Under the pieces are notes generated by a model. The model had not been told where the DNA came from and did not search any database. It was given only the letters and a program-made list of their open reading frames with translations. Shown piece after piece: positions 35,754 through 45,323 of a DNA stretch of 64,000 nucleotides (positions are counted from its first letter, which is position 1; each line of letters opens with the position of its first letter). The stretch lies in sequence record KY703222. One strand, 5' to 3'. This DNA comes from Escherichia phage phiC120. A program made the translations under genes and the position numbers.

Positions 35754-35993
35754 TTAAATTTCACGACATGCGATATCATATTCATCCCAGAGGTCATCGT
35801 GTGAAGCCTCTACCAATGGAACGATTGTACCGTTTATGTCTTCATTATAAGGACAAATTGTACAGTGCGCATCTTCGAATCGTATGCCTTTGTGTTCAGA
35901 TTTTTTATAACGCATATCGAATATCTTTGCAAACTTTTCACGAGTAATAGTTTTAGCAACTACTTCGGTTCCGATACTTTCGTAATAAATCAT
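35754..35993 (-). CDS. Hypothetical protein (start at internal Met)
   Basis: ORF 35754..36005; GGAG SD precedes the second Met. Confidence 0.45.
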   Translation of the reverse strand: MIYYESIGTEVVAKTITREKFAKIFDMRYKKSEHKGIRFEDAHCTICPYNEDINGTIVPLVEASHDDLWDEYDIACREI

Positions 35994-36020
35994 TGTAGAC
36001 TCCATTTAATTTGATAGGAC

Positions 36021-36050
36021 TACTATAACATAGCCCTATCTTGTTGTAAA
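36021..36050 (-). promoter_or_regulatory. Early-type promoter GTTTAC-N18-TATAGT
   Basis: Upstream of gene 35754..35993; box GATAGGACTACTATAACATAGCCCTATC. Confidence 0.5.
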
Positions 36051-36055
36051 CTGTT

Positions 36056-36253
36056 TTAGCAAGAATAACTAGATGATACCCAGCCTTGAATAGTAATGCT
36101 ATTATTGGATAATGAGATCGCGTCCTGGAGATTCAGACCTGCGTTATCTTCAATCCACAATGTAACTTCTTCGCGTTCTTCTGTTGCAATCTGGAACAGG
36201 TTTTCTAGAGCAGCTACTGCGGTACGTACAGCACAATCTAATTCACGAGACAT
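36056..36253 (-). CDS. Small protein with C-terminal WVSSSYSC (paralogue family)
   Basis: 65 aa ending ...QGWVSSSYSC. Confidence 0.45.
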   Translation of the reverse strand: MSRELDCAVRTAVAALENLFQIATEEREEVTLWIEDNAGLNLQDAISLSNNSITIQGWVSSSYSC

Positions 36254-36262
36254 ATGGTTTCC

Positions 36263-36535
36263 TTAGCAAGTGTGAGAAGATGCAACCCATCCGCCGTCTT
36301 CAAGGCTCAGGTTGTAGTCGTATTGGTAAACGTCGGCCCATTCAGCATAACCGTTTTTTGTACAACGTTCAAGATCGGCTTTAAGATGTCCGGGTGAATG
36401 ATAGGTTCCACCCATACCATAAGCTGGATACAAGTCGAATGTTGTATTTTGTTTATTAGCAATTTCTTTGGCTGCCTCAATAGCTGCATAGATTTTTGCT
36501 ACGGCTTCAGCCAGTTCGGTTTGTTCTTTAGACAT
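36263..36535 (-). CDS. Small protein with C-terminal WVASSHTC (paralogue family)
   Basis: 90 aa ending ...GGWVASSHTC. Confidence 0.5.
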   Translation of the reverse strand: MSKEQTELAEAVAKIYAAIEAAKEIANKQNTTFDLYPAYGMGGTYHSPGHLKADLERCTKNGYAEWADVYQYDYNLSLEDGGWVASSHTC

Positions 36536-36544
36536 AATGATTCC

Positions 36545-36850
36545 TTAGCACAACGCAGAAGACGAAACCCAAGCACCTTCAGTAATAACGTAACCATTAC
36601 CTTCACGCTTAACATCGCCACCATTATTTTCAATTTCATCTTTCATCCACTGGGATACAATTTCACCCTTAGGATAATAAGTACGACCGCTACCATAATC
36701 ACCTACAGAAAACGATACGGCGTATTGGTCTGCGATCTTTGTTGCTTCTTCTTCGATACGTTCAGCTTGATTCAGAAGTTTATAAATTGCATCTGAAGCG
36801 GATTTGGCATCATTAAACTCTGGTACTTTAATTTCAATAATCTTACTCAT
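36545..36850 (-). CDS. Small protein with C-terminal WVSSSALC (paralogue family)
   Basis: 101 aa ending ...GAWVSSSALC. Confidence 0.5.
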   Translation of the reverse strand: MSKIIEIKVPEFNDAKSASDAIYKLLNQAERIEEEATKIADQYAVSFSVGDYGSGRTYYPKGEIVSQWMKDEIENNGGDVKREGNGYVITEGAWVSSSALC

Positions 36851-36948
36851 TTTCTACATTCCTTAATAAAGTTTTCGATTGTTTCATTTTCACGTCTAGC
36901 TAGGAGTTCATTATAACTAATCATTTGAGAAGCGTAAACAGCATAAAT

Positions 36949-37341
36949 TCAGTTCAGGCTTTTGCATCTTATTTCCTTAACGAATTCCATAGCTTCTTCA
37001 TATTCATACTTTTTAACAGCTTCATCATACTGAGCTTGGGCTTTTGCGCACTGAACTTTCCATTCTCTTAATCGGGCTCTGTGATGACGGCCTTGGTGCC
37101 AATATCCTACCCAATTAATAGGCATTAATAAAAACGGTACAATAAGTGGTGCGACGAACATTAATGAAAACGCTGCATCAGACGATATAACTTTATTGGA
37201 ATCTAAAATAGCTCCTATAATCATAAAGATTAAAAATGCTAAAGCTAAAATAGGACCAAATAGTACTTCATTTGGGATTAATTTACGCTTGTATTCATAC
37301 GCCCAGGGCTTAATTGGCATGTATAGGGTTGGCTTTGACAT
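36949..37341 (-). CDS. Membrane protein (start uncertain)
   Basis: ORF 36949..37371; two hydrophobic helices then basic tail RHHRARLREWK. Confidence 0.45.
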   Translation of the reverse strand: MSKPTLYMPIKPWAYEYKRKLIPNEVLFGPILALAFLIFMIIGAILDSNKVISSDAAFSLMFVAPLIVPFLLMPINWVGYWHQGRHHRARLREWKVQCAKAQAQYDEAVKKYEYEEAMEFVKEIRCKSLN

Positions 37342-37906
37342 ATTCTCTACATTCCATAATAAATTGCTCAAGGATTAAATTGTTAGTGAAATTAGGACTA
37401 ACAACCATAGTTTCATAAAGCGCATCAATAGCACTTAAAGCATCAACTCTTTTAAGCAAAGGCTTGCCTTCATACATAGTTTCAGAATCGACGATTAACG
37501 TAAAGTAATATTTTTTATTATCGACTAGAACTTCTGTATCGATATAAAACATATTAGACCTCAGAAGCTTATCTCTAAAACCATAATAATCTTCAGAGCG
37601 TTCGCTGATATATTCCAATTCAGTGTTTAAACAACAAACAGACCATGTAGGAGCAACGAAATCAGTGAATCTAATATCATGATCTGCAACTAGTTTAGCA
37701 ATAGCTCCGATATCATGAATCATAATACCTGGGGCTAATAAAGATTTTCGGTTATTTGCATATTCAGTTGTCTCATAAGAAGACGACCAATACCATTTAC
37801 GTCCAGTTGCAACATATCGTAATGAATCAACTAAAGACGTAGGTGGATTTACCTTATCTCGGAACTCTTCGAACATTGAGTCAATATCATTATTTTGGTT
37901 TCGCAT
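37310..37906 (-). CDS. Hypothetical protein (start uncertain)
   Basis: ORF 37310..37927, 205 aa. Confidence 0.5.
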   Translation of the reverse strand: MRNQNNDIDSMFEEFRDKVNPPTSLVDSLRYVATGRKWYWSSSYETTEYANNRKSLLAPGIMIHDIGAIAKLVADHDIRFTDFVAPTWSVCCLNTELEYISERSEDYYGFRDKLLRSNMFYIDTEVLVDNKKYYFTLIVDSETMYEGKPLLKRVDALSAIDALYETMVVSPNFTNNLILEQFIMECREYVKANPIHAN

Positions 37907-37955
37907 GTTAACTCCTTTATTATCCAAAAGGAGGACCGGAGTCCTCCGTATTATT

Positions 37956-38549
37956 TTATTTCAAAGAGTTAATATATTCTTGTACATCAGCAGAAGTGGT
38001 TTCAACACCGGCTGGAGTGCCATTGAATGTTTCAACACGAGTCAGAGTGTCTTCGATATCAACCTTAGTCAGTGCAGCAATTTCGATTACATCATCAGCC
38101 GTAGAGATACCAAGGGCATTGGCTGCTCGAGTTTCGCGGATGTATTCAAGTTTGATTGCCAGATTCTGACGAGCATCATCAAGTTCAACCACCTTACGAG
38201 CAATTTCAATTCGCATGGCGGCATACCCGTCAGCTTTTGTATTAAGTTGTTCGGCGGTTCGACGATACAGAAGACCAAGCTTAGCATGCATGGTAACATC
38301 TTGTCCTTCAGCCAGGAGCTTACGAATTTCACGTTCCTTAGAAGCGGCTTGCTTGTTCTTTTCATTAACAAGTTCGCGAATACGTTTTTCTTCATTAATA
38401 GATTTAATAGAAGCAGTTTTTAGTTCTTTGATTTGGGTAATCAACTTATCTGCAGCTGCGTTATACTGTTCTTCGACAGTCAGATTTTTAGCCATAGCAG
38501 TACCCAGTTTAGTGCGGATGAATTCAACAAGTTTCTTCAGTGTGTTCAT
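37956..38549 (-). CDS. Coiled-coil protein
   Basis: ORF 37956..38564; start at [10 protein letters not shown] after the upstream repeat cassette; highly helical. Confidence 0.5.
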   Translation of the reverse strand: MNTLKKLVEFIRTKLGTAMAKNLTVEEQYNAAADKLITQIKELKTASIKSINEEKRIRELVNEKNKQAASKEREIRKLLAEGQDVTMHAKLGLLYRRTAEQLNTKADGYAAMRIEIARKVVELDDARQNLAIKLEYIRETRAANALGISTADDVIEIAALTKVDIEDTLTRVETFNGTPAGVETTSADVQEYINSLK

Positions 38550-38591
38550 ATTATTACCTTTCAATTGGTGGTTTTATTATCCAACGAGAGC

Positions 38592-38620
38592 ATTATACTC
38601 TGCTCTCAAGAGTTTGTAAA
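38592..38620 (-). promoter_or_regulatory. Early-type promoter, copy 2 of the duplicated cassette
   Basis: Same sequence as at 8285..8313, upstream of the 37956..38549 gene. Confidence 0.5.
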
Positions 38621-38848
38621 TTATTTTTTAATCAAATTGACATAAAACTTGGCGTCTTCTGGGTGCATGCCTTCGCAGTATTCTTCAACCATGAACTTCT
38701 TAACAGCTTCATAAGGACCACTCAGATTAAGCTCAGTTGTCCAGAACTTGGAATCTTGGACTGAATCGATACGAACTTCAGGGTGACGGTTGCGAATAAC
38801 TTCTTCGGTGTATTCATAATCAACGACATCAATACTAACTGTAGCCAT
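38621..38848 (-). CDS. Hypothetical protein
   Basis: 75-aa ORF with AGGAG SD and early-type promoter. Confidence 0.5.
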   Translation of the reverse strand: MATVSIDVVDYEYTEEVIRNRHPEVRIDSVQDSKFWTTELNLSGPYEAVKKFMVEEYCEGMHPEDAKFYVNLIKK

Positions 38849-38906
38849 TTTGTTTCTCCTCTTGATTTGATAGGTCTATAGTAACACCGTCCATGGTGTT
38901 TGTACA

Positions 38907-39437
38907 TCATTTATTTTTAATTTTGCAAATTTTTCCAGCTTCGATACATGCAGCATAGATGATGCTCTGGGCAATTTTATTGCTAGTAGACCTTGCAATC
39001 ACACTAAGAACAATTTCTTTTTCTTCACCACCACAACCCCAGGACCTTTGCTCATGAGTACCTTTAACTACGGCTGAAACTTCAACAGAACGTCCGCCAT
39101 CAGAAGTTTTAACATCTACAACCCAATCGCCATCTTTCTCTTCAACCTGTGGTTTATCCCAAGAAATACTAATATATGATTCACTGTCAATAGAAGTCGC
39201 CGGGTTTTTCTTTACTGTAAGACCTTCACTTTCCAGCCATTCAATAGTATTTGCGCATAAATCAGAAGAACACCTCATCGGAAACTGGCAAGATTTTTCA
39301 CCTTTAGCTGCAGCGTTATACATCTTTTCTAAAATACGCTTTTGCACGTTTTTAAAAATAGTTTCAGCAGATTCTTCAGATTTTTTATTCAGTTCAGTAT
39401 AAAGACTCATAACATTCTTCTCATTAATAGGGCTCAT
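38907..39437 (-). CDS. Hypothetical protein
   Basis: 176-aa ORF. Confidence 0.5.
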   Translation of the reverse strand: MSPINEKNVMSLYTELNKKSEESAETIFKNVQKRILEKMYNAAAKGEKSCQFPMRCSSDLCANTIEWLESEGLTVKKNPATSIDSESYISISWDKPQVEEKDGDWVVDVKTSDGGRSVEVSAVVKGTHEQRSWGCGGEEKEIVLSVIARSTSNKIAQSIIYAACIEAGKICKIKNK

Positions 39438-39467
39438 AATATCTCAATCATAAGCCCATGTACGCAT

Positions 39468-39743
39468 TTATTTCATATTATCGAAATATTCTTCAGCGAT
39501 TTCGACATTATCATGGTAAACTTTAGAAGACAGTTTAACATAACCTTCTGCCGTGAACATATTAATCACAACCTTTATAGTATACCACTGTCCGTCTTCA
39601 TTACCCATTACTGCGTAAGTTTCAAACATCGGATGGTCAGGTCCAATAACTTTAATATCATTCACCGTACGTCCGAAATCTTCTGGAACGCATTTCATAA
39701 AGAAGTTGAACAGTTCACCGTAATTATCCATTTCATTCTCCAA
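39468..39743 (-). CDS. Hypothetical protein
   Basis: 91-aa ORF. Confidence 0.5.
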   Translation of the reverse strand: MENEMDNYGELFNFFMKCVPEDFGRTVNDIKVIGPDHPMFETYAVMGNEDGQWYTIKVVINMFTAEGYVKLSSKVYHDNVEIAEEYFDNMK

Positions 39744-39773
39744 GGTTTTTCTGTATCGGTAGTTGATAGTTGT

Positions 39774-39803
39774 ATAGTACCACGGAAGAACAGGGATGTA
39801 AAC
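39774..39803 (-). promoter_or_regulatory. Early-type promoter GTTTAC-N18-TACTAT
   Basis: Upstream of gene 39468..39743. Confidence 0.5.
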
Positions 39804-39833
39804 AGTTTTGTGAAAAATTTTTTAAAAAGTTTT

Positions 39834-39857
39834 GGGGAATTCTAGGGCAGGGAGGGG
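39834..39857 (+). other. G-quadruplex-forming motif in an AT-rich intergenic region
   Basis: GGGG-N7-GGG-N2-GGG-N1-GGGG on the plus strand. Confidence 0.4.
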
Positions 39858-39905
39858 AAATCAAAGGATAGGATAATATATTATAAAGGGTATAAACTAA
39901 ATGAT

Positions 39906-39931
39906 GCCTAGAGAGGCCCAGAGAGGCCTAG
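39906..39931. repeat. Tandem direct repeat AGAGAGGCC x2
   Basis: gcctAGAGAGGCCcAGAGAGGCCtag in the 39744..39969 intergenic region. Confidence 0.5.
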
Positions 39932-39935
39932 ATAC

Positions 39936-39966
39936 CAAAAAGCCCTATCATTTAGATAGGGCTTTA
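39936..39966 (-). terminator. Intrinsic terminator after IP-like gene 39970..40533
   Basis: Minus strand AAAGCCCUAUC-UAAAU-GAUAGGGCU followed by UUUUU. Confidence 0.65.
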
Positions 39967-39969
39967 AAA

Positions 39970-40533
39970 TTATTTACCTAGTTTAGTTATTATAGCTTCG
40001 GCAGCAGCTTTTAGCTTAGATGCAGTGTTAATACGATTTTTAATTTCAGTATACGCATCGCCAAGAACATCAAGGCTATCAGAATAAACACTTACACTAT
40101 TGCGTTCGCTATTTGAAATAGAACCTTTAGTTTTACGATCAAAATCAGTGTACACGTCTTGAAGATCACGGGCTGCCTTCTTTGCATCATCCAATGCATC
40201 AAGAGCTTTATTCAAAGCATTGACATATTTTTTAGTGTCAAACATATTCTTAGAAATTTTAACAGGTGCACGTTCAGGAGTAGATAAGGCGGATTTAGGA
40301 ACCTGCGTGCCAGATGCCAGTTTCTTAGAAATTTTGAAAAATGCTTTATTTAAACTATTTTCTTGACTCATCGTAAAAGAACTAGTATCGATGTTATACA
40401 TTTCAATAGCTTTAGCTTTCCACTTAAGAAAATCGCCACGGTCTTTTGGATCCAAGTTGAAGAATACTTTAGTAAGATCTGCTTCAGATGGTAATTTTGC
40501 TGCTTCGGTTAAAAATTCGGCGTAGGTTTTCAT
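39970..40533 (-). CDS. Internal protein with capsid targeting sequence (IP-like)
   Basis: N-terminus MKTYAEFLTE; 187 aa. Confidence 0.65.
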   Translation of the reverse strand: MKTYAEFLTEAAKLPSEADLTKVFFNLDPKDRGDFLKWKAKAIEMYNIDTSSFTMSQENSLNKAFFKISKKLASGTQVPKSALSTPERAPVKISKNMFDTKKYVNALNKALDALDDAKKAARDLQDVYTDFDRKTKGSISNSERNSVSVYSDSLDVLGDAYTEIKNRINTASKLKAAAEAIITKLGK

Positions 40534-40658
40534 TTAAAATCCTTGAAATAATTTATCGGTTGGTTATTAATTATTTATTACTTTGGTATTATCAGTAACA
40601 GCATTCTCTGAGAGATTCAAACTAAAAAGCCCCAACCTTTTGGCTAAGGCTAAGAATG

Positions 40659-41123
40659 TTATTTGATTTGTTTAGCAGACCAAATGCGGTCTTTAATAAG
40701 TTTTTGGATATCTTCAACATACTCAAGGCTATGAGCGTGAGGATTATCTTTGAAGCTATGTGCTCGTGCCAGTTTCTGGCCTTCAGTTTTGATTACCAAA
40801 AGTTCTTTAAGAATTGCTTCATACTTAGAAATAATTCCTTTGGCGATATTTTTTTCTTGAGCTGCTTTAGGGCCCGCTTTTGGTGCTGGTGCTTTACCTG
40901 TAGCTTTCTGGAACAATTCACCTGATGCAGCTAGGCTTTTAAAAACTCGGCTAACAGTATTAGCATTAGTAAAACCTTCGGCTTTAAAATCTCTAATAAA
41001 ACGGAAACGTTCTTCATCAGAGGCGTCTTTGTAAGAATATTTACCTGCTTGAATTGCTGCAATCGCAGCGGCTTTTACATCTGAACTAGATTGTTCAGTC
41101 AAAAATTCTGCATATGATTTCAT
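40659..41123 (-). CDS. Internal protein with capsid targeting sequence (IP-like)
   Basis: N-terminus MKSYAEFLTE; 154 aa. Confidence 0.65.
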   Translation of the reverse strand: MKSYAEFLTEQSSSDVKAAAIAAIQAGKYSYKDASDEERFRFIRDFKAEGFTNANTVSRVFKSLAASGELFQKATGKAPAPKAGPKAAQEKNIAKGIISKYEAILKELLVIKTEGQKLARAHSFKDNPHAHSLEYVEDIQKLIKDRIWSAKQIK

Positions 41124-41167
41124 GTTACTTTTCCTAAGTTAATTAACTTATCTATTTATTATTATGC

Positions 41168-41195
41168 AAAAAAGCCCCAACCTTTCGGAAGGGGC
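41168..41195 (-). terminator. Intrinsic terminator downstream of the tRNA/ncRNA locus
   Basis: Same hairpin sequence as at 24269..24290, followed by a U-tract on the minus strand. Confidence 0.7.
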
Positions 41196-41507
41196 TAAGC
41201 CTTGCGGCAACCTTGTCGGGGTTCCACCTGCTAAGGCAAGTGTTTGTACGAAACGCCGGGATTCGAACCCGGTTATTAAGCAGTTGACGCTACTCAATAT
41301 TTTTAAAAGGCCATATCTCGACCATATCCGAACGTTCCGTCAAAAACGCTACTCGGCTTACGGCAAAGATATTTCCTCGAATCGATAATTCTGTGCGCCG
41401 TTTCTGCTGTGATGTAAGGGGATATTAACGAATCATAAAGATTTATTAAGACCAGTCCTTACTCAGGGAACATCAGTCCGACGACTTGCCGGTAGCGACC
41501 CGGCTTC
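41196..41507 (-). ncRNA. Structured non-coding region with a tRNA-like T-arm/acceptor end; candidate small stable RNA(s) co-transcribed with the tRNAs
   Basis: No ORF; minus strand reads CCGGGTTCGAATCCCGG (T-arm-like, 41255..41271) followed by an acceptor-like strand, but no canonical anticodon arm; several short hairpins; terminator follows at 41168..41195. Confidence 0.3.
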
Positions 41508-41852
41508 TTATTTTGGCATATCATCAATTTGTTCTCGACGCCGACGCCATAGATTAATCGCTTCATAGGCACATTCTGCGTTTGGTATATGACGGCAATA
41601 ATATAATGATTCATGTTTCTGAAACCGATGTTGCAATGGGATTTCGTTTAAAAGGTCTTTGCGATCAAAGTATTCAAAACTAGTTAACCCGGAACGGTTT
41701 TTAATGAACTTCCAATGACCGAATTCATTTTGAACATAGATGTAATCGGCGTGTTGATAAAGTGAATTAATCAATCGGTCTGAAATAACTGTATCATGTT
41801 CGTTAAAATAAAACGTTAAATCATGAACTACTAAATAGACATTACCTTTCAT
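41508..41852 (-). CDS. Hypothetical protein (start at internal Met)
   Basis: ORF 41508..41900 would overlap tRNA-Arg; MKGNVYLVVHD start chosen. Confidence 0.4.
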   Translation of the reverse strand: MKGNVYLVVHDLTFYFNEHDTVISDRLINSLYQHADYIYVQNEFGHWKFIKNRSGLTSFEYFDRKDLLNEIPLQHRFQKHESLYYCRHIPNAECAYEAINLWRRRREQIDDMPK

Positions 41853-41870
41853 ATTTTCCTCACTTATAAT

Positions 41871-41947
<77 letters not shown>

Positions 41948-41953
41948 AATATA

Positions 41954-42027
41954 TGACCCAGACCAGATTCGAACTGGTAACCTTTCCCTTATGAGGGGAC
42001 TGCTGCTAACCGTTGAGCTACAGGGCC
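41954..42027 (-). tRNA. tRNA-like gene with CAU anticodon (Met or Ile2), non-canonical stems
   Basis: Minus strand GGCCCTG...ACCAG-TTCGAAT-CTGGT-CTGGGTC-A; anticodon loop CUCAUAA; one U-U mismatch in the acceptor stem and an irregular D-arm. Confidence 0.6.
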
Positions 42028-42106
42028 TAAATAACTTTCTATTATGAAAGGCACTTTAGAGCACCTTTGGTAATAGAGGGTATGAATTAATAATAACACA
42101 TAATTC

Positions 42107-42622
42107 TTAAAGCAAATCAATCATTTTAACAGTCGGCAAAACGATTTCTTCTTCAATATAAGCAAATTCAACACATTCGACTACACGCAAGAAATCATAA
42201 TCATAATATTCAGAAGCATGGCCAAGAATATCAATGAGACCTTCTGATACTAAATATCCATTCTCACGGAACAGGTCAAATACACGTGATTCGTCTTCTT
42301 CAGATTTATTACCAAGGTCGACTTCAATATCAAAGACCTTTTTAATGAATTCTGGATAAAGCTGGTCTGAGAACAGTCCTTCAACCAGATATTCGTAGAT
42401 AATAAGCGAGCAATCACTGAATGGTGTATTACCGCAATAACGTTCGGCTTTGGTGCTAGAATGACGACTCTTAAATTTCTTCAAAAGATATTTAAACTGT
42501 TGGAGCTCATGCTCTTCCACTTCAAACAATGTTTTGGTTTTATAGTTGTCACCATCGTTTTCATAGGTAGTGACATCAATTACGTAACCTTTAGGTATTG
42601 TACTGCCTAAACAAATATTCAT
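42107..42622 (-). CDS. Hypothetical acidic protein
   Basis: 171-aa ORF. Confidence 0.5.
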   Translation of the reverse strand: MNICLGSTIPKGYVIDVTTYENDGDNYKTKTLFEVEEHELQQFKYLLKKFKSRHSSTKAERYCGNTPFSDCSLIIYEYLVEGLFSDQLYPEFIKKVFDIEVDLGNKSEEDESRVFDLFRENGYLVSEGLIDILGHASEYYDYDFLRVVECVEFAYIEEEIVLPTVKMIDLL

Positions 42623-42626
42623 TTAC

Positions 42627-42917
42627 TCACCGTACCATATTAATGTAATTATATTCAATGCAACGTAATTTCAAAGGATTCTTGAAAATATCATATTCAA
42701 GAGGGCCTTTTTCTGTTTCAATAAAGAAATCAAAGTTAACTGTGTTAAATTTATAATCTTCACAGAGTAATTTAACTTGCGAAGACGATCGGTCGATATA
42801 AACCTTTTCAACCTCAAAGTTAGTCAGAATACCGTAGTCATCAACTAGTGCTTTAGCTGCACGTTGATCGCTTTCGTATCCGTTCTCAATAGATGACACT
42901 TTAGCATAAAGAATCAT
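42627..42917 (-). CDS. Hypothetical protein
   Basis: 96-aa ORF. Confidence 0.45.
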   Translation of the reverse strand: MILYAKVSSIENGYESDQRAAKALVDDYGILTNFEVEKVYIDRSSSQVKLLCEDYKFNTVNFDFFIETEKGPLEYDIFKNPLKLRCIEYNYINMVR

Positions 42918-43276
42918 GAATGTTCCACCACTTCAAAGCTATGGGCATCAACAATATGATACCAGTCAAAATTTTCTTCTGCGTTTTTATAAATTTCGCG
43001 AAGAGCCTCAACAGTTTTTCCTGTAGCAACAAGGTCGTCAATACCACCAAGAGGATAACAGTCGTAACCAGCAAACAGAAGGAAATTAATAGTTTCTGTA
43101 GGTTCTGGATGCAGAACACCGTTATCATCTACCACTTCAAAGAAAGTGTAAGAAGGAGTACAAGTTTTAATCCAAGCCCATGCTTGAGATGCCGAATCAA
43201 ATGGTCTACGTATCAAACGACAATCAGGGTCTTTAGAAGGATTTGCTTCAAAATCTGCATATACATGATATTTCAT
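42914..43276 (-). CDS. Hypothetical protein
   Basis: 120-aa ORF. Confidence 0.5.
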   Translation of the reverse strand: MKYHVYADFEANPSKDPDCRLIRRPFDSASQAWAWIKTCTPSYTFFEVVDDNGVLHPEPTETINFLLFAGYDCYPLGGIDDLVATGKTVEALREIYKNAEENFDWYHIVDAHSFEVVEHS

Positions 43277-43462
43277 TTACTCACCTTTTGCAATTTTATC
43301 CATAACAATAGCGATTAAACCGATTAGAAATGCTACTACCAATGAGATAGAATTTTCGGTTGTTGTCAGTAGTCCGCAAATGAATCCTACAAACATCGAA
43401 AAACTAAAAGCCATTGAAGCAATTACTACAGCAACATTACGAATCAGTTCAGCGCGTTTCAT
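43277..43462 (-). CDS. Small membrane protein
   Basis: 61 aa, mostly hydrophobic. Confidence 0.45.
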   Translation of the reverse strand: MKRAELIRNVAVVIASMAFSFSMFVGFICGLLTTTENSISLVVAFLIGLIAIVMDKIAKGE

Positions 43463-43500
43463 TTTATTTCTCCATTTACTCGTTTTGTTTTGATAGGACT

Positions 43501-43530
43501 ACTATAACATAGTCCTATCGGCATGTAAAC
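43501..43530 (-). promoter_or_regulatory. Early-type promoter GTTTAC-N18-TATAGT inside palindrome ATAGGACTA / TAGTCCTAT
   Basis: Upstream of gene 43277..43462. Confidence 0.5.
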
Positions 43531-43533
43531 TAC

Positions 43534-43821
43534 TTACAGAAGAGTTTTTGCAATAATTTTAAGCTGAGCTACAGAAATATGCTTAGCTTTAAACAGTGCA
43601 GTCTCTTCAGCCGGAGAGATAACAATAGTAGCGCCATCTTTCTTAGCAGACCATCCGTCCCCTAAGTAAACAGTACCTTTTACTTCTTCACCGTCAACCA
43701 GACTAATCATTGGTTTACCCTCACGTCCTTTATTTGTTTTAATAACTTCAGAAGTAAGGGACGCTTCGGTCAGAGTAGAAACGTTAGCAACAGGTGATAT
43801 AAATTCTTTATAGGTTTTCAT
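43534..43821 (-). CDS. Internal protein I-like (ipI position) with variant capsid targeting sequence
   Basis: 95 aa; N-terminus MKTYKEFISPVANVSTLTE; immediately upstream of 57B as T4 ipI is. Confidence 0.65.
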   Translation of the reverse strand: MKTYKEFISPVANVSTLTEASLTSEVIKTNKGREGKPMISLVDGEEVKGTVYLGDGWSAKKDGATIVISPAEETALFKAKHISVAQLKIIAKTLL

Positions 43822-43855
43822 TTTATTTCCTTGAGGCTGTTTATTTGATAGGATG

Positions 43856-43885
43856 ATAGTAACACACCATCATCTTTATGTAAAC
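43856..43885 (-). promoter_or_regulatory. Early-type promoter GTTTAC-N18-TACTAT for the ipI-like gene
   Basis: Upstream of 43534..43821. Confidence 0.5.
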
Positions 43886-43898
43886 TGTTTTGTGAAAA

Positions 43899-44584
<686 letters not shown>

Positions 44585-44588
44585 TTTA

Positions 44589-45323
44589 TTACCTTAAGAT
44601 TTTTTCAATTTTAGAATAAAGCTCTTCTAACGAGCCGTCGTTTGTAATAACTAAGTCGCCTTCTTCAATAGGCAACCCAGCTTCTGTAATATGTTTATCA
44701 GTGGATTCCTTACCAGAGCGAACCACATGAATAACTGTAGCACCCATCGCTCTAGCGGTTTCCATTTCATGGACTTGTCGTGTATCGGTCACAACGTAGT
44801 AATCGAAATCACTTCCAATATAATCCATATAGTTTAATGCAAAAAGCTTAACCCAATACATACGGTCAAATAAATTAACGACAACATCCGTACCGAGGGC
44901 TTGCATAAGACGGCGGATCGACCATGTGTCGTTGATATTATTTATAGCTTCACGCAAGGCTTCGTACGGTTTAATATCTAGATATGAATATCCACCTTCT
45001 AGTGATGATAATACGTTAACACCATTAATTGGCAGGTATTGTCGTTGTAAATAAATTAGTGTTTCTTCCATTAATTCAATAACATCTAATTTATTGAGAT
45101 TTAATGGTGTTTCACGGTCGTATCCAATGCCTTCAAAGTATTCATATTTCAACTCGGTGAATACATCAGGGTTTTCGACATGTTTACGCTCCCAAGCTAT
45201 TGCTAGAGCGTCTTTAATTGGATATGCTAATTGATATTTTATGGATTTAAAGTTTGAATTGATGTAATCAGCAGTAGTGTCTTTACCACTACGTTTGATG
45301 CCGCTTAAAAAGATTAGCTCCAT
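44589..45323 (-). CDS. 1: Deoxynucleoside monophosphate kinase gp1
   Basis: MELIFLSGIKRSGKDTTADYI...MYWVKLFALNY...ATVIHVVRSGK...GDLVITNDGSLEEL matches T4 gp1. Confidence 0.92.
   Translation of the reverse strand: MELIFLSGIKRSGKDTTADYINSNFKSIKYQLAYPIKDALAIAWERKHVENPDVFTELKYEYFEGIGYDRETPLNLNKLDVIELMEETLIYLQRQYLPINGVNVLSSLEGGYSYLDIKPYEALREAINNINDTWSIRRLMQALGTDVVVNLFDRMYWVKLFALNYMDYIGSDFDYYVVTDTRQVHEMETARAMGATVIHVVRSGKESTDKHITEAGLPIEEGDLVITNDGSLEELYSKIEKILR

Noticed and set aside
37905-38423. Plus-strand 172-aa ORF
   Set aside because: Antisense to the 37956..38549 coiled-coil gene; no promoter or ribosome binding site.
40618-40650. Terminator after IP-like gene 40659..41123
   Set aside because: Resembles the 41168..41195 terminator, but the stem is disrupted (gccccaaccttttggctaaggc) and pairing is poor.
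41164-41388. Plus-strand 74-aa ORF across the terminator and tRNA-like region
   Set aside because: Spans an intrinsic terminator hairpin and structured RNA on the opposite strand; not credible as coding.
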